Virus record (IMG/VR): IMGVR_UViG_3300007363_000002
Span: 1-55,882 of that record
Length of the DNA stretch: 55,882 bases
Reading direction: 5' to 3' (one strand)
Source: a virus
Lineage: Duplodnaviria > Caudoviricetes
This document shows, one piece after another, positions 1-6,158 of this stretch. Position 1 is the first letter of the stretch. Each line of letters begins with the position of its first letter. The translations under genes were made by a program, and so were the position numbers. The notes under the pieces are model-generated. The model made no database searches, was not told the DNA's origin, and saw nothing but the letters and a program-made list of their open reading frames with translations.

Positions 1-120
1 GTCCGTATTCAGTCATTTCACCAATTCCAGATATTTGAGTTCGAGGGAGCATATGGCTTTCAATGCCACAGCTTGTTCAATCGTCCGCGTAAACTGCCCA
101 TCTTCATCCGTGTCGTGCCG
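1..120. repeat. Terminal direct repeat, left copy (circular assembly overlap)
   Basis: Bases 1-120 are identical to 55763-55882, and an ORF reads continuously across the join. Confidence 0.95.
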
Positions 121-348
121 CGTCAGTTCGCATACCATAATCAAGCGGAACAGCTTTTCGACGGCTACCGAACACGCCTTGCCTTTCAGTATTCTGGACA
201 ACGTTTCAGGCTCCACGCAAAGCATCCGCGCAATATCTTGCTTCTTTATTTTTGCCTTCTCGATGAAGGCTGCCCATTCCTCTGGCTTGAGCCTAGAAGG
301 GCTTGTCAGTCGCTCAATATCGGCGTGTATGCGTCCGTATTCAGTCAT
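13..348 (-). CDS. Helix-turn-helix (XRE/Cro-like) DNA-binding protein
   Basis: HTH-like segment IKKQDIARMLCVEPETLSRILKGK; ATGA overlaps with neighbours at both ends. Confidence 0.6.
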   Translation of the reverse strand: MTEYGRIHADIERLTSPSRLKPEEWAAFIEKAKIKKQDIARMLCVEPETLSRILKGKACSVAVEKLFRLIMVCELTRHDTDEDGQFTRTIEQAVALKAICSLELKYLELVK

Positions 349-352
349 TTCA
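329..352. repeat. 24-bp direct repeat flanking the HTH gene (partner 55759-55782, which includes positions 1-20)
   Basis: atgcgtccgtattcagtcatttca occurs at both sites; both downstream genes begin MTEYGRIH. Confidence 0.9.
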
Positions 353-479
353 TTAACCAGTGCATAATGGCGTCGTACAGGTCGTACTTGCTGTCGCCAA
401 AGTTCCAGAAGAGGAGGAAGCAGGTTCCGATGAACCCAACCCCACTGTTCACGTTCACTTCGTTCTTGTTGCCGCTCAT
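345..479 (-). CDS. 44-aa hypothetical protein with a hydrophobic segment (not in ORF track)
   Basis: Manual translation MSGNKNEVNVNSGVGFIGTCFLLFWNFGDSKYDLYDAIMHWLMK; ATGA overlaps fill the gap exactly. Confidence 0.65.
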   Translation of the reverse strand: MSGNKNEVNVNSGVGFIGTCFLLFWNFGDSKYDLYDAIMHWLMK

Positions 480-685
480 TGCTTCGCCGCCTCTTCCACG
501 GTCACCTTGGGGCAACGGTCACTCGGCACAACCTCAATGCTCTCAATGGCGTAGTAGCTAGGGCCGCACTCCACGATACCATGAAGCTCATGCAGTTCCT
601 CAACCCTAACCATAGTGCTGCGCGGCCCGTCGTCATGGCGATAGGTTATCTTAACTGACCAGCGTGGTTCGTTTGTTTTAATCAT
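476..685 (-). CDS. Hypothetical early protein
   Basis: AGGAG SD; tight operon packing. Confidence 0.7.
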   Translation of the reverse strand: MIKTNEPRWSVKITYRHDDGPRSTMVRVEELHELHGIVECGPSYYAIESIEVVPSDRCPKVTVEEAAKQ

Positions 686-899
686 CTTCTTCTCCTAATG
701 CCCTACGGGCAATCTTTGCGGCTGTTGCATCGCCAAGTTCAATCACATCCAGAAGCGCATCTTCCAAAGCCTCTATCCGGTCATTCGCTCGCCAGAAAGC
801 GGTGTTGGCAACCTCATAAGGGGACATGTTTGGATGCTCGTCACGGATTTTCGTAATAAACACTAACCCTGTTATTGCTGAACTTTTACGCATCGCCAT
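678..899 (-). CDS. Hypothetical early protein
   Basis: Start reassigned to ATG 899 after GAGGAG; overlaps neighbours. Confidence 0.65.
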   Translation of the reverse strand: MAMRKSSAITGLVFITKIRDEHPNMSPYEVANTAFWRANDRIEALEDALLDVIELGDATAAKIARRALGEEDD

Positions 900-1062
900 T
901 TGCTTGCTCCTCTTCCTCTCGCGAACGCCGCCGCACTTCAATCTCAATCCCCAGAACATAGCCCATGCTGGCGAGCATTATCCAGCTACCGTGGTGCTTC
1001 TCTGGTATGTCGTATTCTTTGCAAAACGCATCGAACCGCTCCCATATCCGCGTGTCAGTCAT
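886..1062 (-). CDS. Hypothetical early protein
   Basis: Start reassigned to ATG 1062 (MTDTRIWERF) after GGAG. Confidence 0.6.
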   Translation of the reverse strand: MTDTRIWERFDAFCKEYDIPEKHHGSWIMLASMGYVLGIEIEVRRRSREEEEQANGDA

Positions 1063-1243
1063 GTGTACTTTGCTCCAGTAGGTAGCTGTATATGTGGGCC
1101 AACACTTCACGGGTGGGAGCCAGCGGCTCTCCGCAAATATCACATTCGCGGCCATATTCGATGTCGTGTTCAGTGACCACTTTTATGGACCGACGGCCTT
1201 TCGGCGCGTCGAAACAGGGGTGCATCATGTATTCAAATGCCAT
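1055..1243 (-). CDS. Small protein with a CxxC motif
   Basis: CDICG motif; AAGGA SD; operon packing. Confidence 0.6.
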   Translation of the reverse strand: MAFEYMMHPCFDAPKGRRSIKVVTEHDIEYGRECDICGEPLAPTREVLAHIYSYLLEQSTHD

Positions 1244-1260
1244 CGTTCTTTTTCCTTCAC

Positions 1261-1449
1261 TTAAAAATGTTTTTTATAAAATTCCGCTATTACAGCTTCA
1301 AAAGCTGCGGCGGAAAAATAGCCGCCCTCCCCGCTGGCGTCCTCAATCGGGTAGGTGTATATAGCCACGCTATCGGGGTCCGCTCCGCAAGGTTCCTCTA
1401 TTACAAATTCACCAATCCGTATCCGCCCAATCACAACGGTGTCATCCAT
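1261..1449 (-). CDS. Hypothetical acidic early protein
   Basis: Start lies within the repeated AAGGGAAAAGAACGATG junction. Confidence 0.65.
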   Translation of the reverse strand: MDDTVVIGRIRIGEFVIEEPCGADPDSVAIYTYPIEDASGEGGYFSAAAFEAVIAEFYKKHF

Positions 1450-1873
1450 CGTTCTTTTCCCTTATCTCCAGCCCACGGGCATCCAGTGTTTCGTTGATGC
1501 GGTTCGCCATTAACTCAATCCCAGAACGATCTTTCGCCATCCCCAAATCCCACAGAACATCGAATAGCGGGTCGGGTTCGGGCTTGGGGATAATGAGGGC
1601 TTTAAGTTTTTCCCAATCATCTGGCCCACCACATGCGTAGACGTAGTGATGCACAATATCGCTCACCTCTTGCCGGAAGTCGGCAAGCTCCTGCTTGACG
1701 CCCTGCAACTCCTTCTTGATCTTTTCGTGCAGTTGGATGGAGCGGATGAAGGCACTAACTTCGGGGGTGTTGATTGCCAGCCAGTCGATTGGCTTAAAGC
1801 CCCCTCGCACACGATATTCGTTAATGAGGTCTACGCCAATTTGCCTAAATGCTTCTTTTTCAGTGTCGGCCAT
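1442..1873 (-). CDS. Hypothetical early protein
   Basis: 143 aa; C-terminus (PDPL...LD..G.EIREKNDG) is shared with the upstream gene. Confidence 0.7.
   Translation of the reverse strand: MADTEKEAFRQIGVDLINEYRVRGGFKPIDWLAINTPEVSAFIRSIQLHEKIKKELQGVKQELADFRQEVSDIVHHYVYACGGPDDWEKLKALIIPKPEPDPLFDVLWDLGMAKDRSGIELMANRINETLDARGLEIREKNDG
1446..1468. repeat. 23-bp gene-junction repeat (copies at 1870-1892; partial at 1240-1257)
   Basis: ccatcgttcttttcccttatctc is identical at 1446 and 1870; 17/18 match at 1240. Confidence 0.9.
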
Positions 1874-2111
1874 CGTTCTTTTCCCTTATCTCAAAGCCAA
1901 GTTTGTCCAGTGCGGCGCGGATGGTCTTGGCGTCGTTGGGTGGGTAATGGTCGAACGTCACACCCTCTAACGCAGCCACCAGCGGGTCAGGTTTCCCCAC
2001 ACCGCCGCCACCCCCTGTTTGCCGCCCACAACAATATGGGCAGAGCGAAAGCACGGGCTGCAAACCGGGGCCGCCTCCGCCTCCTTGGCGGAATTTGTGT
2101 TCAGTTGTCAT
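1860..2111 (-). CDS. Gly/Cys-containing hypothetical protein
   Basis: Start ATG 2111 after GAGG; ends EIREKNDGRH. Confidence 0.55.
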   Translation of the reverse strand: MTTEHKFRQGGGGGPGLQPVLSLCPYCCGRQTGGGGGVGKPDPLVAALEGVTFDHYPPNDAKTIRAALDKLGFEIREKNDGRH

Positions 2112-2293
2112 TTTAACCTCGTTATGAAAGTGACGCCATTGATCGTGCGGCACTTGAAGACCTTGCCGTGGCGGATGCCGTACTGGCTGACGTTCCGAGA
2201 CGTGCGCTTTATCGAACCCTTCTTGTCGGCTGGCATGCTGGCGACCTCGCCGACCTCCAGCGCTCCCATTGGGTATATCATCGGTCTGGGCAT
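2108..2293 (-). CDS. Small basic hypothetical protein (possibly DNA-binding)
   Basis: YPMGALEVGE...GKVFKCRT...ITRLK resembles a common small phage protein. Confidence 0.65.
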   Translation of the reverse strand: MPRPMIYPMGALEVGEVASMPADKKGSIKRTSRNVSQYGIRHGKVFKCRTINGVTFITRLK

Positions 2294-2472
2294 TAGTTGC
2301 CCCCCGCTTGAAGCATAAGGTCCGCCACCTTGTAGGCTCGCTCGGTAATATCCCTTGGCGTTTGGGTTCGGTAGTATTCGGTGATCAAAGCAGGTAGCGC
2401 TTGCCCAGCAAAGTAGTCGCGCAGGGTCATGCCGCGGTCAAAATAACTGCCGAATGCTTTTAAGTTGCTCAT
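2293..2472 (-). CDS. 59-aa conserved phage protein with a GMTLRDYFA motif (not in ORF track)
   Basis: Manual translation MSNLKAFGSYFDRGMTLRDYFAGQALPAL...AYKVADLMLQAGGN; GGAG SD; TAATG coupling. Confidence 0.8.
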   Translation of the reverse strand: MSNLKAFGSYFDRGMTLRDYFAGQALPALITEYYRTQTPRDITERAYKVADLMLQAGGN

Positions 2473-2491
2473 TGTGTTTCTCCAGTTAAAG

Positions 2492-2755
2492 TTATTCGCC
2501 GCAAGTGTCGCAGCCGTCTGGTGATTTAATCTCGACCGTGAAGCCCGCGTCGCGTAGGACGCCGACGGTCAGGCAGTTGGTCAGGTAGAGGGAACGCTCG
2601 CGCTCCATAACCAAATCTTTCTCCGTCTCCAGCTTGCTGCGGCGCTCGCGCTCCAGCTCGGCGGCGTGCCGCTCGACCTGCTCGATCAGCCGGTCAATCT
2701 TCCACTGAAGCTCGTCTGGGCCGCCTGCGGGTGTGTCTTCGGTGATGGCGGTCAT
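2492..2755 (-). CDS. Coiled-coil hypothetical protein with a C-terminal CxxC
   Basis: GGAG SD; ATGA coupling. Confidence 0.65.
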   Translation of the reverse strand: MTAITEDTPAGGPDELQWKIDRLIEQVERHAAELERERRSKLETEKDLVMERERSLYLTNCLTVGVLRDAGFTVEIKSPDGCDTCGE

Positions 2756-3147
2756 GCTGGGTCTCCAGTTGGGGCGGCGCGTTCATATGCGGCAGCGGCG
2801 GCGACATAAACCGCACGGGCGGCGTCGTAGGCGGTGTAGGCTTCGAGGGCAGCAGCGCGGGCGACGTCGTCGGTTGCTGGGTCGGGTGTCGTGGTCGGCG
2901 GCTCCGTGGCCGTCGCCTCTTCCTCACCGGTCAGAACCGCTCCGAACAACCAATTCTCGCGCACCCTAAACTCAAGGCTTGTGTTAGGCCCAAAAACGCA
3001 CCCGCGAGCAATAAGCTCTTTTCGGACGGCCATTTCGATAAACAAATCCAAGACTGTTATTTCGGTCGTGGTGCGGGTCGTGGTCGTTATTGAGATGTCG
3101 GTCCGGATGTTGTGACCCTCAATTACTTTGTGCTTTTTCTTGCTCAT
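2752..3147 (-). CDS. Hypothetical protein with an Ala-rich C-terminus
   Basis: AGGAG SD; ATGA coupling. Confidence 0.6.
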   Translation of the reverse strand: MSKKKHKVIEGHNIRTDISITTTTRTTTEITVLDLFIEMAVRKELIARGCVFGPNTSLEFRVRENWLFGAVLTGEEEATATEPPTTTPDPATDDVARAAALEAYTAYDAARAVYVAAAAAYERAAPTGDPA

Positions 3148-3404
3148 GCTGCCTTCTCCTGTTGGTGGACGTACAGTGCCTCGTCGAGCAGCTCCTCGCG
3201 CAGCGTGTGCAGCGCAGCCAGTCGGTCAAAGTGGGTGGTGCGGTCGGCGACGCAGGCCAGCGTGTCGTTGGGATAGTCGCGACCGTTTGGCGTGGCACCC
3301 TTGAGGGCGTCGATGACCTCGTCGATCAGGGCCATCGCATTGCGGCGCGGGTTGATGAGGTCAAAGGCGTCTGAGCCGTTGATGTTGAGTGTTGGTCGTA
3401 TCAT
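3144..3404 (-). CDS. Hypothetical early protein
   Basis: AAGGA SD and ACCAACAAC leader motif. Confidence 0.7.
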   Translation of the reverse strand: MIRPTLNINGSDAFDLINPRRNAMALIDEVIDALKGATPNGRDYPNDTLACVADRTTHFDRLAALHTLREELLDEALYVHQQEKAA

Positions 3405-3421
3405 GTTGTTGGTCCTTTCAA

Positions 3422-3604
3422 TTAAATGGCTTGCAGACCGGCGATGGCGGCGCGCTTGGTGCGGTATGTCTGCAGGTACAGGCGGGCGTTATTGTCGAAA
3501 TAGTAAGTGTTCCACAGGCCGTGCTGGTCAATCTCAACGTCGTACTCAACGCCTTTGAACCATGCGGTGTAGAGGCCTTGTGCGATGCGCTTGGTCTTAA
3601 TCAT
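3422..3604 (-). CDS. Hypothetical early protein
   Basis: Start ATG 3604 downstream of a promoter-leader cassette. Confidence 0.65.
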   Translation of the reverse strand: MIKTKRIAQGLYTAWFKGVEYDVEIDQHGLWNTYYFDNNARLYLQTYRTKRAAIAGLQAI

Positions 3605-3662
3605 TTCGTAATCCCTTCTGTGTTGGTGAAGCCACCAATAAAGCATTTGAGGGTATATGCAA
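3605..3662 (-). promoter_or_regulatory. Sigma70-like early promoter with conserved leader/RBS
   Basis: TTGCAT-N16-TATTGG, then CACCAACACAGAAGGGATTACGAAATG; near-duplicate of 3971-4029. Confidence 0.6.
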
Positions 3663-3683
3663 CCACTAAATTGCATTTATTTG

Positions 3684-3710
3684 AAAAAAGTTTGTGGGGC
3701 CGAAGCCCCC
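3684..3710 (-). terminator. Probable intrinsic terminator
   Basis: GGGGC-TTCG-GCCCC hairpin followed by a T6 run on the - strand, just after the 3716 stop. Confidence 0.55.
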
Positions 3711-3715
3711 TGTGA

Positions 3716-3970
3716 TTAAAAACGTACGCCGCGATTGCGGAACCAATCGGCGACAACCTTGTTGCCTTCGCCGCAAGCCAAAAGGTCGCCGATGCTGGCC
3801 AGCGCCAGTGCGTTCCACTCTGCACCGAAGTACTCATGGCCAGCGCGGTTTTGTTCGGCGAATGTATCGGAAGCGTTAGTCTCGCCCGAACCGATCAGAC
3901 CTTCAACGGCCCAACGATTAGCGCGGCTCTTGATATTGGCGGCTTGCTTGTAGAGGTCTGCAATGGTCAT
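3716..3970 (-). CDS. Hypothetical early protein
   Basis: Has its own promoter-leader cassette and a downstream terminator. Confidence 0.7.
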   Translation of the reverse strand: MTIADLYKQAANIKSRANRWAVEGLIGSGETNASDTFAEQNRAGHEYFGAEWNALALASIGDLLACGEGNKVVADWFRNRGVRF

Positions 3971-4029
3971 TTCGTAATCCCTTCTGTGTTGGTGACACCA
4001 TCCTTAGAGGGCATTTGAGGGTATGTAAA
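3971..4029 (-). promoter_or_regulatory. Sigma70-like early promoter with conserved leader/RBS
   Basis: TTTACA-N17-TAAGGA, then CACCAACACAGAAGGGATTACGAAATG. Confidence 0.65.
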
Positions 4030-4250
4030 CCCCTATGTGTAAAAAAATGCAAGTTGTTACATTTGTTTGCAATCATGTGGTTTACACCGTGTCCCGTGAT
4101 GTCCCGTGGTGCAGCTAGTCCCGTGGTGCAATCTACCCAAAAGGCTTGACCCACCCGCTTCGTCTCAGGGGGTATGTATATATCTATATACATCCCCAGA
4201 CGGTGCGGTGGTGCAATGGGCGGGATTTTCGTGGGATAATTTCGTGGGGC
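4030..4250. other. Divergent intergenic control region with short iterated motifs (candidate origin or packaging site)
   Basis: tcccgtg x3, gtggtgca x3, tttcgtggg x2 and an AT-rich tatgtatatatctatataca tract, between the divergent early and late arms. Confidence 0.35.
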
Positions 4251-4253
4251 GGA

Positions 4254-4282
4254 TTGACTTCGAGATACCCCTCGGATATGTA
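4254..4282 (+). promoter_or_regulatory. Putative rightward sigma70-like promoter
   Basis: TTGACT-N17-TATGTA upstream of the AP2 gene. Confidence 0.45.
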
Positions 4283-4343
4283 AGGGCCGCGCGGATAGCC
4301 GTCCACGCAGCCCAATCAACACCGTCAGTGAGGACAGGTGCCA

Positions 4344-5108
4344 ATGACTAAAGACTTACCACGCGGCGTCACATATAAAAAGGCCCGCCGCAAATATATT
4401 GCTCGCATCGGTGTGCGCGGCAAGAGTATCTCCCTCGGCAGTTTCGATACCGCTGCGGAGGCAGAGGCCGCCTATGCCGCTGCCGTTGAGGTTTACGGCC
4501 CGCGAGACAATATCGGCCTGACGGATGAGCAGAAGGCCAAACACCGCCGCTGGGTTGAACAGCGGCCCACCATCGCCAAAAGTTTTGCCGCCATCGGCGC
4601 GTTCGATCCAGACAACCCGTGGCCTGTTGAGACCACCCGCGTCACGCTGCCGACCAAAGAGGTGTTGGTGTTGGATCACTACACGCGGCAGGTTAATGTT
4701 TACGGCGATCACCTGACCGTTGCGCATTTCAGGGGGAAGTGCGACTTCGGTAAGACGTTGGGCAGCCGCTGCGGCGCGAAAGTGCTCACGCCGTACTGGC
4801 TGGATGGCAGCGACCGACCGGGCGCGATATGGCGGCGGTGTGAGGCCCACGCAAAGAAGAGTTCTCTGCGGTCCTACCACGGTTTTGTAGCGGGGTGGGA
4901 CGCCGCGCACGCCAGTGTGGGTAGGTGCCGCATCGCGGATGGCCCACTGCCTGACAGCGAACGTCGGCCCATGGGACAGCGCGCAAGATATTACCGTGAG
5001 AAATATAATTTGCTCATGGATCTTATCTATGAAAGCTACAGTGATGTTCCAAGCGATTGGTGGCGCAGCCTTCCGCCGTATGTTGTGGCCCCTTGCGCAG
5101 ACGAATGA
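4344..5108 (+). CDS. AP2-domain DNA-binding protein with an unknown C-terminal region
   Basis: N-terminal RGVTYKKARRKYIARIGVRGKSISLGSFDTAAEAEAAY matches the AP2 pattern. Confidence 0.65.
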   Translation: MTKDLPRGVTYKKARRKYIARIGVRGKSISLGSFDTAAEAEAAYAAAVEVYGPRDNIGLTDEQKAKHRRWVEQRPTIAKSFAAIGAFDPDNPWPVETTRVTLPTKEVLVLDHYTRQVNVYGDHLTVAHFRGKCDFGKTLGSRCGAKVLTPYWLDGSDRPGAIWRRCEAHAKKSSLRSYHGFVAGWDAAHASVGRCRIADGPLPDSERRPMGQRARYYREKYNLLMDLIYESYSDVPSDWWRSLPPYVVAPCADE

Positions 5109-5159
5109 CAGGTGCTATTTGGGCGTCGTGACTGGTAGCACTGTGTAAACGAACGGAGC

Positions 5160-5621
5160 ATGCAGACGATGCCGTACCCGGCGAAGAAGAGTGACAAGTT
5201 GATAGCGGAGGTGCTTGATCGCCTGTCGCTCGGCGAGACTATGACGTCCATCAGCCGCGACTTGAAGTTCAGCACGATGTCGTGGAGCCGGTGGCTCGAA
5301 GAGGACAAAGAGTTGTCGGCCGCCCACGCGCGAGCCAGAGCGGTCGGCGCAGACGCCGTGGCCGACCACGTCATGGAGATCGTGGACGCACCACCAGAGC
5401 GGCACGACGGCAAGATCGACAACGGCTCTATAGCATGGGCGCGCAACCGCGCCGAGTATCGGCTGAAGCTGCTCGGCCACTGGCGGCCGGACAAGTACGG
5501 CACGAAGACCACCACCGAGATCACCGGCAAGGACGGCAAAGAGATTAACCTGATCGACGCGCAGGAACTGGCGCTGCGCCTCGGCGAACGCCTTCGCGCA
5601 TCGAAGCGTGACGCCGAATGA
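5160..5621 (+). CDS. terS: Terminase small subunit (Sf6/P22-like)
   Basis: N-terminal HTH, AHARARAVGADAVAD helix and RPDKYG motif; upstream of TerL. Confidence 0.8.
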   Translation: MQTMPYPAKKSDKLIAEVLDRLSLGETMTSISRDLKFSTMSWSRWLEEDKELSAAHARARAVGADAVADHVMEIVDAPPERHDGKIDNGSIAWARNRAEYRLKLLGHWRPDKYGTKTTTEITGKDGKEINLIDAQELALRLGERLRASKRDAE

Positions 5622-5634
5622 AGGGGGAGGGACA

Positions 5635-5976
5635 ATGATACACTTCACCAAAGAGGGCGAGCATCTCAAGCTCGGCCTTAACGTGCGTCGCGCTGCCGGA
5701 GGCTTCGTGTTGATCTGGGCGTGGTACGACATGCCTACCAACACGGTGACAGGGTATCGCTTCCGCTTTAGGCGTCACATCAAGCCGCGCATTTTATTCG
5801 ACAAGGATAGCTGGAACGTCGTTGATAACGAGATGATGTTGGCGGACACGGTCATCGTGCGTAAGGAATATCTAACGGACCTACTCGCTTCACAGCGCGA
5901 TATGGTAAACCATACGAACCGCCAGAGCCTTCTCAAAACGGAAGCATCGCAGTGCGAGCTACTGGACGCGCAATGA
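5635..5976 (+). CDS. Hypothetical protein
   Basis: GGAGG SD before ATG 5635. Confidence 0.65.
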   Translation: MIHFTKEGEHLKLGLNVRRAAGGFVLIWAWYDMPTNTVTGYRFRFRRHIKPRILFDKDSWNVVDNEMMLADTVIVRKEYLTDLLASQRDMVNHTNRQSLLKTEASQCELLDAQ

Positions 5977-6158
5977 AGCTGGCCCTGTTCACCAACCCAT
6001 GGCGTCGCGTCCGCGAACTTGAGGCCGAGGCGAAGCATCACGCGACCGAGAAGTACGCGCTCAACCACGCGCTGCATCTGGCGAACGAGCGGTACGACAA
6101 GATACGCGCGGCCAACGCCGAACTGCGTGAGACGCTGACACTCTATCGCGATGCTTGA
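5973..6158 (+). CDS. Small coiled-coil protein
   Basis: ATGA coupling; overlaps the TerL start. Confidence 0.6.
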   Translation: MKLALFTNPWRRVRELEAEAKHHATEKYALNHALHLANERYDKIRAANAELRETLTLYRDA

